In this document: positions 1-12,800 of the stretch, in pieces
Position numbering within the stretch: the stretch's first letter is position 1
Layout: each line of letters opens with the position of its first letter
Translations under genes and position numbers: made by a program
The notes under the pieces: model-generated
Databases searched by the model: none
What the model was told of the DNA's origin: nothing
What the model saw: the letters and a program-made list of their open reading frames with translations, nothing else
From: Balanoglossus misakiensis
Lineage: Eukaryota > Animalia > Hemichordata
Direction: 5' to 3'
NCBI GenBank assembly: GCA_040954595.2
Contig: CM082576.2
Span: 1,309,403-1,373,402 of the forward strand
DNA: 64,000 nucleotides

Positions 1-852
1 ACATACATTTGATAGCAAGACAAAAATAAACGGCAGACACACATGCAAAATGATAACCTCTTCTTCACGATTGAACAATTAATTGCCTGTAGGTCAGGAT
101 TGATGCAGTTATCAGCACTTGACGACCATTATCTATAATTCAATGTGGTTCTCAATGCAAAGCTTCTACCTACTTAAAATTTATTCAAAAGAATCAAAGG
201 AGGAGAAAATCTACCTGCAGCCCACAGGAATGAAACAACGGAAATGATTGACTCCACACTAATTCTTTGCCTGCAGACAGCTTTTCAAAGACTTTGACGC
301 TGATTTGATGTGAGCTGGAAGTAAATTATACTGGTACATACAAGTAGAACTACTGCTAGCATCGATCAGATTTCTAATACCCTAGGGCACTAGTTCACTA
401 GAAAATACCACAAGGAAAGCCAGCCACTAATTCAAGTAGCCACTCTGTGTCTGGTCTTTTCAAATAACCACAACACAATAAAATAATATGTCTGGTACCC
501 TCCACCACAGAAAAATATACCAGGTTTTGTTTTGTCACTACGTGTACTTCTCTAAGGAGCTTCGCCAATGTTCGTATATTTAATCATGAGAGACAAGGAG
601 GTTGTCTTATAGTTCTTGCTTAGCACATTGGCAAGGATGTTCTGACATTTTGCTGACGATCTGTCGTTGCTTTGCCAGCCTTTCACTCAACAAACATCTC
701 CGCTTGCTTCAAAAACACAAAGCCTTTCAACACAGGATTGTTAATTACCTGAAAATGACACCGTGTGCGGCCTAGTATCGTTATTACCACCTCACCTGTA
801 GGAAAACGTCAACAGTGGCCGTCGTACGCTAAGTCAAATTGTACATACTTAC

Positions 853-1140
853 TTTTCATAATGGATTGCTCGGGCTCGGACTCGATCTTCTTCTGGTCAT
901 GTTGTCAATTATTTCACCATTTTACATGCTGAGACCATCAAACATGTTTAAGTCATCGTCTTCGTCGTGTTTGCCGAGCTCGATATTATTAGTCTAAAAC
1001 ACGAGTGGTTCCGTATTCATGCATTCATGAACTAAACAACGGTAACTATGATACCACAACGCCGCCATTCAAATGCAATCAATGTGGCTGAGTTTACAGG
1101 CAAGTACGTCTATTAACACCCTCCCCTCCGATCGCGGTAA
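853..1140 (-). other. Possible promoter/first exon of a further minus-strand gene extending off the left edge
   Basis: CpG-rich patch ending in a strong donor ATGAAAA|GTAAGT at 852. No recognisable protein. Confidence 0.3.
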
Positions 1141-1799
1141 GTCTTTCAAGTCATTCTATAATCGGGGGTCTATATTGTAAGGGTTGCCACACAGAAGCAC
1201 TACATCTTTAACACAGATGTATGTATCGTATAAACTTGGATTTAAACCTTATTTTTATAAGCCGTAACCTAAACTCACAGTAGTTGACAGGGGAGTGGTT
1301 GTTAAACAGCACAGCTAAGTGAGAGCTCAGTTAGTGCACTATACACTTACGCACTGTACTGCTGGGATTGACGGTTATGTCTACGCCTGGTTATGCCATT
1401 GCGTTTGGGTAAAGGTGTCGAAGCTATTTGACAAATGTTCCATATCACTGGGTCATACCTTCAGCAAGATGACGACAATATGATCTTCAAAAATGTCAAC
1501 AACAAAACTATAAAAAAAACCCACATAAAACAAACCCAGAAGAAATAACTTCGCTTGTTATTTATCTATCTTCAATCCTGCACTAGTTTTGCAGACCACT
1601 TGGACACAAGAACAAGGCAGTGAATGACGATCAAGAAAACAACATACACAATAAATAAAGACATTAAATTATAAAGATATAAAGCTTGGAGTAAGCAACA
1701 AAATATATTTTGCTATTTTGTCAATTTTAGTATCAACATCCTTTTGTTGGTTATATTTTTTTACAACTGTGTGTTGCTGACTTTTAGGTTGTGTTAGGT

Positions 1800-2227
1800 C
1801 ACGAGCGTGAAGTTGGCCTCATCCTCATCCTCAGCTTCGCCAGCCTCATCCTCATCCTCATCCTCATCCTCAGCTTCGTGACCCAGCCTCAGCTTCGTGA
1901 CCCTTCGTGACCCCAGCCTCAGCTTCGTGACCCCAGGAAGTAAACATCAAAATTATCCAAACGATCGGTAAAAAGAACAAATGGAGTCAAAAGAAGAAAT
2001 TCAATCAATTATTTAGACTATCCCATGTAAATTATTTTACCTACATCGCTTTCGCTTCTTTTAGATCACATCAGATATACGAAATTCACGATAATTTTGA
2101 AATCTTCCTGAGGTCACGAAGCTGAGTCTGAGGTCACGAAGCTGAGGATGAGGATGAGGATGAGGATGAGGCTGGCGAAGCTGAGGATGAGGATGAGGAT
2201 GAGGATGAGGCCAACTTCACGCTCGTG
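1800..2227. mobile_element. Non-autonomous foldback/MITE DNA transposon with 8-bp TSD
   Basis: Termini CACGAGCGTGAAGTTGGCC...GGCCAACTTCACGCTCGTG. The inverted arms (about 1800-1957 and 2090-2227) are built from (CCTCAT)n and CAGCTTCGTGACC units. TGTTAGGT is duplicated at 1792-1799 and 2228-2235. Confidence 0.9.
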
Positions 2228-3057
2228 TGTTAGGTCTATGTTAAAAACAGCCAAGTTGGAGAAAAATAAAATACAGAGATCTATTAGTCTTTTTCAGTTC
2301 AATATATACATAATATATATTCCAGCTACATGATATTATATGGATCCAACCAAACGTTAAAAAAACAAAAGCAAACAAACGATTCGGTGTGTGAGGGCAA
2401 TCTAACAAAAGACATAATCCCGTATATGGATCAGTTCTCGTTTTCCTTTCTTGCCATAGACGGCAGTCTTCTCACTACCATGTCACACAAAGAGTAAGAA
2501 ATGGTGACAAAACAACTTGTACCACAGATAAAAAGTGGAAAGACTTCTTTATATCACTTTTCCCCGAAAAAAAATTGATCATTGCAGTTTTAATAGAAAC
2601 AGCTACAAACTTTTTTTTCAAGTATCTGTCGATTTTTCAGAGTACGACTTCCAGTTTCTAGTTCCAATCATTACTTCATCATCCATATGCTGGAATCACA
2701 AGGTAACAAGTTACACTGACAAGTCAATTAAGGCTGGCGCCACATGGTGTAGACAGAGAAATGCAATAAATTGTACAGTGGCATGTTGTGTTCTGTTTGT
2801 TGGTTTGACATTTTGACCTGTCAGAAATTGCATAAACTGTTGATTCAGAACTATGGGTTGCCGATGGATTAATCCATTCTCCCTATGACCTGAACTATGG
2901 ATTCACCCATTCCACTGAAAACAGTGAAATCAACCCAAGTCATAGTGGCAAATACTCACACATATTTCAGTGTAAGACTCATGTTTCTCTGCATACCAGC
3001 ACTTCATACAAATAAAACAAGACACTTGGAATTAACATACAACATCACAAAATCACC

Positions 3058-3063
3058 TTTATT
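3058..3063 (-). terminator. Candidate distal poly(A) signal of HIF-alpha
   Basis: Minus-strand AATAAA followed by a GT-rich tract (GTGATTTTGTGATGTTGTATGTT). Other AATAAA hexamers lie at 3660 and 4971. Confidence 0.4.
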
Positions 3064-6000
3064 TTGAAAACCCAATATTTGTCATAGACCAACTTTCACA
3101 CAGTTGTTATGGCGCCTAACCCAACACAGATTGCAACCAAAAAGATTTCTTGAAAGTTGACTTCTTTTTCACAACAGTACTCATTATTTTTACAACAATC
3201 TCTCAACGAATGTGAACGACCAGAGCAGGACTTTCACCTCTTGCCAAATTATCAACAACAGGTCAATGTCCAAGATACTCTGGAAATTCCATTTAATGTA
3301 CATTATTGAAAATGCCTTAAAACTTGTCAAAACCCTGGCCACTATTCCAAAAACCATGCTTTACAAAGTCACCAATCTAAAGCAGATTCAAAGCTTAGCA
3401 CCCCCTGTTTTCTTCTATTCACATATAAAATTATGAGTTGCCAATTTTGGATCCATTCTGTAAACTGCTTCATCAAAAATGATTTTATATCCTGTCACAT
3501 CTGATCTGCATAGAACAATCTCTGCTTTAGCAATAGAAGTCATAACCATATCAGATTCTTCAAGTTCTTTCTCATAGACAAACACACAAAGATATTTTTT
3601 CAATATAAATTCTGAATTGTACTTAAAGTACCACATAATCAAAGCTATACTCAGAAAGCTTTATTAAAGGTATTGGTTTAACTTTAAAACCTACACGTGA
3701 GTTGCCAACACAAACATAACATACAAGTGCAGCTACATGTAAGAAAAAAATATATTTTCTCCATGATTAGAGAGCAGTGAGAAATGTTTGCATGGAGAAA
3801 AGTAAAACTATACAATTTTCTTTGAGTGTTAAAAAATAATAATTTGGGGCTATATTGAAGAATTTTATTTTGTCAGTGTTTTCTAAGTTGACAACACAAT
3901 CAATCAGCAATGTCATTAATGATTGATTTAATAATTCAAAATATAGCCCACATACTCCTTGCAAATTTTTGGGACTGTCTTTTGATTCCATGTTTTGAGT
4001 TGTTTCAGGGAAATGTCACTCCAGCAATGTCAAGGTTGTGACATTTGATCTTGTGTTATCAACAAACAACAATAGGTTTGGTGTCTCCTATTGTCTTTCA
4101 CAGACGAAATTCATCAAATGAAATACAGATGGGCAGGATGTGAACATTCTCTCAAAGTACACTTCATATTTCGTGACTAAAAATCAAGTTGATATTTTAA
4201 AGTCAAGGCATCAGATGTACATTTTGTTTTATATCATGAACATTTCTGATATAAAGAAACAAAAATAAAAACAATAAATACAGAATTGAAAGCCAATCAT
4301 GTCTGTGGCATTGATGGATGCACATTGTTTTTCCATGTCAAAAATTCCTTTTTATCACACCTTGTTATTAACTGGTGAGTTGGTTTAGTTGAATTCCTGC
4401 ATCAAAAATATGTCACTCAAGCATGATATAGTAATATTATATAATTTTACGGTGTGCAAAAACGAATTTGCTTATACATGTTTCTTTTTTTCACAAGAGT
4501 GCATGATGAATCAATTTTGAGCTCTACAGATAAAAGGATTGACTGCAATGGTCAAACTGTGGATTAAAAACACTAATTTACAAACATATAAAATACAGGA
4601 ATTAAAACTGTTGCCATACAGGCTGTACATTCATTTTTTTTCTTTGCTTTTTGTATTTTTTCGTTCCAGGAACTGAGATTAATTTAAGGCTGCTAACATA
4701 ACAGACGATTACGTAAATGTTTTGAAATGTATGGAATATACAGATACAGTGGGGTAACAAAGATTGATATTATGTTGCTTTTATGACATGAATCAATTTC
4801 TTAATTGGATTGACTTCTATGGCTCAATGTATACATGATATCTAAAATGTGTTAGACTCAAAAGATTTCAGAAGTGATTTCTCTACAGCGGGCATTTCGT
4901 TCAAACACAGAAATGAAATGAGAAAATGGCAGTTAAACAAAAAAGAACAACTGTGAGGAATGTTGGACATTTTATTAGAGCTGTGTTTTAATCTCGATAA
5001 GATGAACCAAAGCATCTGACAAATTGAACAGTTCACAAGTTCTAGGCAAACATAGAAATAAATAGTATTTGATGTGATAAGAGCAGAAACAAAAAAAGAA
5101 GAAGAAATCATTGAAATTCGTTGATTATCATCATTCAATCATAAAATGATACAATAACTTGAAGATTCTTTTGATACCAACATCTACTAACATGAGAACT
5201 ATGTTAAAATTCACTGATGACATGTCAAGCTAGTTTTTTTTTTCGTTGACAGCAAATCCTTCTCCAACATAATGAGCCATGAACAGAGTATTTTGTCACA
5301 CTCATCAAGATATTATCATGAAGGATTTACTCTGCTTTCAAACTGATACAATCTCTGTAACTCTATCCTCACTAAACAAATTGCCAAATTTAACTGACAA
5401 ATTGATACCCCCTTGTTCCATAAAAATAAAAAGAACAGCTCACATCACACAGAAAATGTGTAGACAAAGCCATCTTCTGAAACAATCATTTTCTGAAAGA
5501 GAAAAGTTGACAACATATACCATGTTCACACTGGGTAAAACTAGAAACATTTCAGAGACACTATTTGCCATTTGTAAACACAGAGGATTAATCCTTTGAG
5601 TCGTTTTTGTGTCTACTCACACAAAGACCCTGACGCTGCTCGGCCGTATAGACAATGTGTTGCCGAAAGGTGTTAATCCCTTTACACCAGCTCAGGTCTG
5701 CCTGGCAAAGCCGTCTCAAATATGAAACATTCCAGGACCATTTAAACCATTCACACACAACAATGTATGCCAGTATTTGACCTGAGACATTTCAGAAATG
5801 TTTCAAATGCAAGTGTATGAACCTCATCATACAGATGAGATTTTAAGAAGCAAATGTTCAAGACTATTCACTATACCGTATCCCATCTCTTACTAATAAA
5901 CATATCTTGGACGATTGACAGATCATCTCATAAATAAGACAATCATATCATGCACTGGGCATTGACAATTTTTCTCTATTTTCCCCATGGAACTATGAAA

Positions 6001-6818
6001 ACCACTGGTATAGTTCTGCTTGTTTATGTCAAAGTGCATAAAATCTCTACACAGGTTTTTAATGTTATATATTCCAATACTTCATATGAATTAAATTTTG
6101 CCTGCATCTGAAAAGTAAATATTCAAAGTATATAACATCTCTTTTTTTCTTTTCTTTTTAACTTTTTAATTTTTTTTGTTGAGTTTATACATTTTTCTCT
6201 TTTTTAATGTTTTTCTATATTTAACTGTGCAAAAACCATTAAAATACAGATTCCAATTTATACAAGTACTTAAAGATAAATTCTGAAGTCCCAGTATTTA
6301 CTTGAGGATGTCAGGTTAGATCATTACCCTGTTCTTGGTTATTTAAGATCATTTAAAATAATAGAATAAAACTGTAAGGCTTGTGGAAATACACATGGTT
6401 TATGCCTTGTATTCAACCATACAAATCCATGAAGATAAAAAGTCAACAATGATGTAGAGACTTGCTTGTAATGTAATAATAGTTGTGGTTATGTATTCCT
6501 AGAGTTTCAGAGAGACTTTGTCCACACATAAAACCTCGCTTCATGGTAGAAGTTCAATGGGTTGCTTATCTTGTATGTTTTGTACAAGACTGTTATTTTC
6601 TGACACTGGTCAAAGCAGCATCCTCCATTATTTGCACAGAACACCACTCCTTGGCAAACTCCTGTAAATATAAAAATAAATCTACCTATGTACAGTGGCC
6701 CTATTTCTTTAAAATGTACACACAGACCATTTGTCATGTTGCAGATTTCCAGTATGCCTACAGCTGCCTGTACCAGTGTCAGTATTTGGAATTGTGCGAT
6801 GTGGCGCATTATCCGCGG

Positions 6819-9800
6819 TCACCAGACATTAGCCGGGGAGGGTACCCTGTTAGCAGACTGGTCCAATGCCTTCAGAAGGTCTTCACCTTGTAACAATCCT
6901 TGTGTAGTATGCACAGGGGCATTGACTTCTGCATCATAACGTGTCACATCCAGCAGAGGACCTATCCTCATTCCAGGCAGGTGAGATGTAGATTTTCTGG
7001 AGGACTGCAAATGGAAAAAGAAAGACAGAAAGGTCTTGGGTTTGAAATCAACTTTATCATTTTCTGACAAATAAATACTGTGCTGTTTCTAGATATATTA
7101 CTCTGGATAATTCATTTAAGTATTTTGAACAACAGTGCCCAGTTTGAAACCTTTTTAACACCATAATTTCAGTATACATTCTTAAATGAAAAACAAATGT
7201 TTTAAATCAAAAACTGCACAATATTCGAGTATGTTTGATTGGAATCTTCCAAAACACATTTACATCTACCATTTCAATTTCTGTATCATTTCAGATGCAA
7301 CTTTATTTTCTGGTATAACAAAATTACCATTGTATTATTAAACTGTATCAGTCCACATACGATTGGTCATCAACATGAACTGTTCACTCTGACATTCGTT
7401 TGTTTGTTGCAATGACTGTTATCTAATCAATTCATTAAAATGTCATCAGTTTGCAGGGAGCAATCTTCTGTTTGAGTGTTGGTGTCTGACAACGTTATCA
7501 GCTCCACAATTCTGGTCAGAGGTAACAATGACATCATCGATGTTCAACGTTTCAGATAATCCTCTATTTACCTTCTGTCCACCTAGTTTCCCTGGAGATT
7601 CACATCCGTTGAAGGCACCACCTCCGTTCAGCAGAAGGTTTAACAGGGAACTTTTACGTTGACTGCTTGTGGTTTCCTGTTGATTTGGACATCCTGTAGT
7701 GGAAATCAAAAGAGAGATCACCTCTTGTTATTCACACATCATTTCGTAACATGCACCAACTGGTCAACAACACACACCTACATGAAATTTACATACCGGT
7801 AATCTTTATCTCTGATTCACAAAGTTACTTATTTTTCATATTGTGATGGACAAATCAATATCCTGGGAGAAATATACATGGACTATGAAAATTTGTTGTA
7901 GTTTGTAAAAAATACGTATTTGCAGGAAAGTGCAAACTCCAATGAAGAAAGTTCAGGTAAAACTTAGACTAGTCATCTAGTGATTTTTTTGTTTCTAGGC
8001 AATTGGCATTTAATTTTGCTATCAATATACCTATGGATTTAACATACAACTAAACAGTACAGTGTTAATTTCTTTAAGTCAAATATTTTTTACCGGTGGA
8101 GGAGGAGAGAATTTTGTTTGTGAAATAACATAATTCCTGTAATAGAGTTCAGTGCCCTTCTATTAGAATGACTAACATCACCCCAAAAAACAGTATTAGA
8201 GGTCATTAAGTCAACCTATCAACAAACAGAGGCATGTGATTTAATGGTACACAGTAGTCAGAAGTCAATTTTTAATGGAAATACGTGATTTTATAATGTA
8301 ATAAAACACACGTAGGTTTTCTTTGCAAATGACATTTTTATTAGGTCCACCAACAATTTCTATGACTACTATTTATGACTAATGATTTCCCTTTATCAGC
8401 AGACTTCAGAGTGGTTCATATATTACGCAGTATATCAGTATGTTGGTCCTGAGTAGGAGCATATGTTAAGCCAGCTCAAAATGACCAATGTCAGATCACA
8501 GTCGATCAAGATTGGTCTACATATAGGTATGAAAGGGAGTGTAAGGTTCGGTCTAAAACATAAGCATGTGCTGAATTGTACCGTAGTGTGGATAGGCATA
8601 ACTCTGGCCCTGGTCCCACTCAAAGCTCTCTCTCTGATGATTTGAAGCATTGAGATGACACTTAATTTCACCGGCCTTTAATCAAATGAGTAAGTGTGAA
8701 CACTGACCAAATCAAACTTCCATAGAGGATGTTTTAGCCATGTTCAGGTCCTGGTTGGACTTTAAATAATGTGAATAACACTTTTACCTGTTGGTGATCT
8801 TTGTGAAGTTTTTGGTTCCACTTTCACCGGGCGCATTCCAAACAAGAGCTGCTCGCCTAGAGAGCTCTGAGAACAGCTGGACTTGGTTGGTGGTTGTGCC
8901 ACAAAAGCTGAGGCCGCCAGTTTACGCTTACGTATAGTTGTGATCAGGCTTGGTGTCAGCGATGGTCTTGAACTACTAGTGCTCTCTGTTGTTGTAGTTG
9001 TGGAGACTGCTGTCTCACTGCTCTTGGAACTGCTTTGAGTTGATGGTGGTTTCAAGGGAATAAACAGTGAAGGTGTATTGCTAGCCATCATTCTGTAATT
9101 AGCAAGGAGACAAGTGTCAGTGCGCATTAATCAAATTGACATTTTTCATGGAAACACAAACGGCCAAAATAAGGGTACCGGTACATACTTGTAACATCAA
9201 TCAAACTGTTAGACCTTCAAGCAGTTTTGAGTATATGATGTCTAAAGTGCTATTTTCTTTAATAGGTGATTGTGCAATAAATCCTGTAGAGTGGCAGTGA
9301 TCAGAACAAGCCATTTGATTCTCATACTTCATTCTGTTTTAAAATGATGGAAACACAAGAGGGCAAGACAGACAGTCATACTCACATGGGACTTGGGGAC
9401 GCTTTGGTCAGTCGAACCACCACATTAGCTTGAGATGAAGCATTAGAGGCAGCACGCGATGGATGTGGTGGCGATGGCAAAGCTACACTGCTTAGCACAG
9501 GATCATTCATGATTTTCCCACTGTAGAGACAGAAATCCTCACCACTCATGGGGATATATGGTGCACGCATTCCAAGCTCTTCAGAAGACACCTTCAGTCA
9601 GGAAACAGAACAAAGTCATTGATTGGGATTTCTGATCTTGGATTCTGACCCAATATTTCAAACGCACACCTCATTAACAGTGAATGATTGAATGCTCATC
9701 AATTCCCACAACAGAATGACAGCCAGAGACTTGAGAGGTTCTCATTTGGTTATAAAACTATCACATTGAGGAAGTAATCCAATTTTATTGCCTGTGCATG

Positions 9801-12800
9801 AAAGAACATGGAGTAGAAAATGATCTCAGTAGATTCATTCACATATACTTACATTATCATCATTCACAGGGTCATATTTTGTAAACAATGATGAGACTTT
9901 ATCGACCATTTCATTGTTGACAGAAGGATCATAACTTTTGTATTCTTCTGGACTGTTTGGACATGTTGATGTTGCCTGCAAATAGAAAGTTCAACATTTG
10001 AAATACAGAGCAGTTCACACACTTACATTAAACACAGCAGCTTACCATCTTTTGAAGATGCCTTATTGGGACTCTTTATCCTCATTTGCATGTTTATTAT
10101 ACAGCGCGCACAATAATGTACTGTGTTGTATATCCATCTTTGAAAAAATCAGAATGATGCCATTGAATGAAACGAATTCTCTCAGAAATATAACTTACAT
10201 GTGGGCTGACACTAGCAGGAGGTGTTGATAACGCTGTAACTCCACGGTGTTGACTGAACACATCATTCTGTTCTTGTGGTTGTGGCGATTGTTGTTGACT
10301 GCTGGATTCAGGCGGCTGCTCTTTAGACTTGGAGTCACCACCAGACAGACTGACAGTGGTGCATGTAAATGGATCAAATCCTGTAAAGTTTGGAGTTGAC
10401 TGGTCTGCTGGGAACAACACCTCATCGTACATATTCATGTCTATATCCATCCCTTCAGAAAGAGAGAGAGAGAGAGAAGTTCCGTTATACTGAACAGTTG
10501 TAAATCATTGATGAGCGAATGTAATTTACACAACCCCATTATATGTCAAGGATTTCCAGTTGTATCAGGAAATCAGTGTAAGGTGTACAATAACAGGAAG
10601 TGATGTACATGTTACTATCCACTATCTAGTCAGTCACTGTCTACCCCTGCTATCTTTCCCCTTGTCGGACTATCCCCATTTCTGTCCAATATGTGTTTAG
10701 CATGATACTTTCACCTTTGATGCCCATGTCCAGCAATTGATCATCTTTCAAGCCACTTTTGAGATGAAAACCCCTGCACAATTTGGAAGTGTACTCACCA
10801 CCTGAAAATGGCAATGGAATCATTGCTGGTCCGGCTGTTGGGGCAAGATAAGGCAACTCTTCAGGATCAGGATTCCAACCTGTAAGGACAGAGCAGAACC
10901 AAAGTGTAAAGGACTGAAAGCCATTGAGATTTTTAAATATGAAATCACAACATACAGCAAGGCTGTCTTTGCAAACTGTACACTCTGTTCAATTTGGCCA
11001 TAGAAGAAGCTAATATTGCTATTGTCATTTATGAACTCAATCAAATCAGACAGAGTTCAATAGTTGTTTGTATTCCTTCAAATGTATCTTTGCATCTCCA
11101 CTTACAGTAGAAACCTTGAAACACCCACTGCATTCATTCATTCCCAACGGCAAATAGGAACTACTCAAAACAGCTGAAGGCATAGCCATCAATTACAGTT
11201 TTAATAAATACTCAGTCTGTTAACTGTCGCCAGGGTACATGTACTTACTGTTAACTTTATCTCCTGAAGATGTCCAGAAACCAGTGTTGCTATCATCGCA
11301 GAGTGGGGAAAATATCTCTTCTGTACTCAGTTTCATTCCATTGGACATCTCTAAAGATGTCTTCGGCTTGGCCTTCTCGGCTTGCTTTTGTTCCGTTGAT
11401 AGAACCACATCTTCATTTTCAATACCACTACAAACATGACAATAATCAAAGCACAATTATGAGAGGTGCAATGTGATGGCTGCAGGGCAAATCATGATAC
11501 GGGACCGGGTGGAGCACAATCAGTTCACAATGTAATGGAATATTTGGACACCACCTATATAATGTTCTTACCTCCTGCAAAGGTTTATCTAATCTCAATA
11601 GAACTGGATCTGCTCAGATGTCAAAAATTAGAATCAATTTTTCACACAAGAACATGAATTAATAAAGGATTATGGGTTCTAGTCACCATCTGTTTCTCTG
11701 GTTCTGTCTGTCTGTCTGCCTCTGTCTGTCTGTCTGTCTGTCTGTCCATCTCTCATCAGCTTACCTTAGGACATAATTGACACAGACAATACACTGTGGC
11801 TTAGATGTTCTGTTATTGTAGATGACAGTTGCCTGTGTCTGGATCCACACGTATCCACCATTCTTGGACAGGAATCGATATCTTCGAGTCGATGTCTGAC
11901 CTTTGGCATACACTACAAAAATTAAACACATACATCATCATCATCATGTCTCTTTATAAAGCTGACAAATCTGCATGAAAAACAGAACCAATCAAGTGTG
12001 ATGACATCTCTGACCCTTCATTTCAAACTCTTTCCCCCTTTCAATTTCTTTGTCAGAATGACCTTTACAGCTCTAATTTCTGTGTTAAATTCTAACCTGT
12101 ACACTATAGCATTGGTACCTAGATATGGAGCTGTCAAATTTATCAAGCTGGCATTAGACTCTCACTTTTGGCACAAGCTGTGCACCCAGATAATCATTCA
12201 CTGCACCAAAGAAGAATTATTTCTCTTTGCAAGAGAAGTAGTGGTTAAGTTACAACTTGGCAAACATATATTGTAAAGGTTTTCAATACTAAGTGAAACA
12301 GAACTGAGAAAAACTTGGATGTTTGCAGATAAATTTTTACACAGACCAATCTGATAGGGCCAAGTATCAGGAAAGTCAGTCCCTACTGAAGGTTTCTCAC
12401 TTTGAATTGTAAAGACAGTTTTACGTTTTCATCTAAGTGAATCTTGTTGTTGTGAAAACACAGTCGTGAATTAGAGAAAGTTGTGGAATGTTGCCAAATG
12501 ATGAGTTGAAGATGAAGCTCGATGTTGGCAATCAATGTGACAAGGATGCTGAGTTATTATAGCTCTATCATTGTAATGAGTTTAAACGACATTGAAAGTG
12601 GCATCAACCATTCTTCACAAAAGCAGAAAGTTGACTTAGAGGCTATTCCAATCCCAATCCATCATCTTAATGACAGAATTCCTGCTGATATCAATTTTTC
12701 ACAAACACTATGTGATAGGACATAGTATTAACTTACAGTCATGATAGCTTTTCTCAATCTTGTCTGTATCCAAGGCATGGCAGAAGTCATAGGCTGATTT

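Noticed and set aside
2148-2333. 61-aa (MR)n ORF
   Set aside because: It is a translation of the (GAGGAT)n arm of the foldback element.
6483-6939. Plus-strand ORFs of 136 and 83 aa overlapping the HIF-alpha 3' end
   Set aside because: Antisense shadows with no recognisable domain or splice support.
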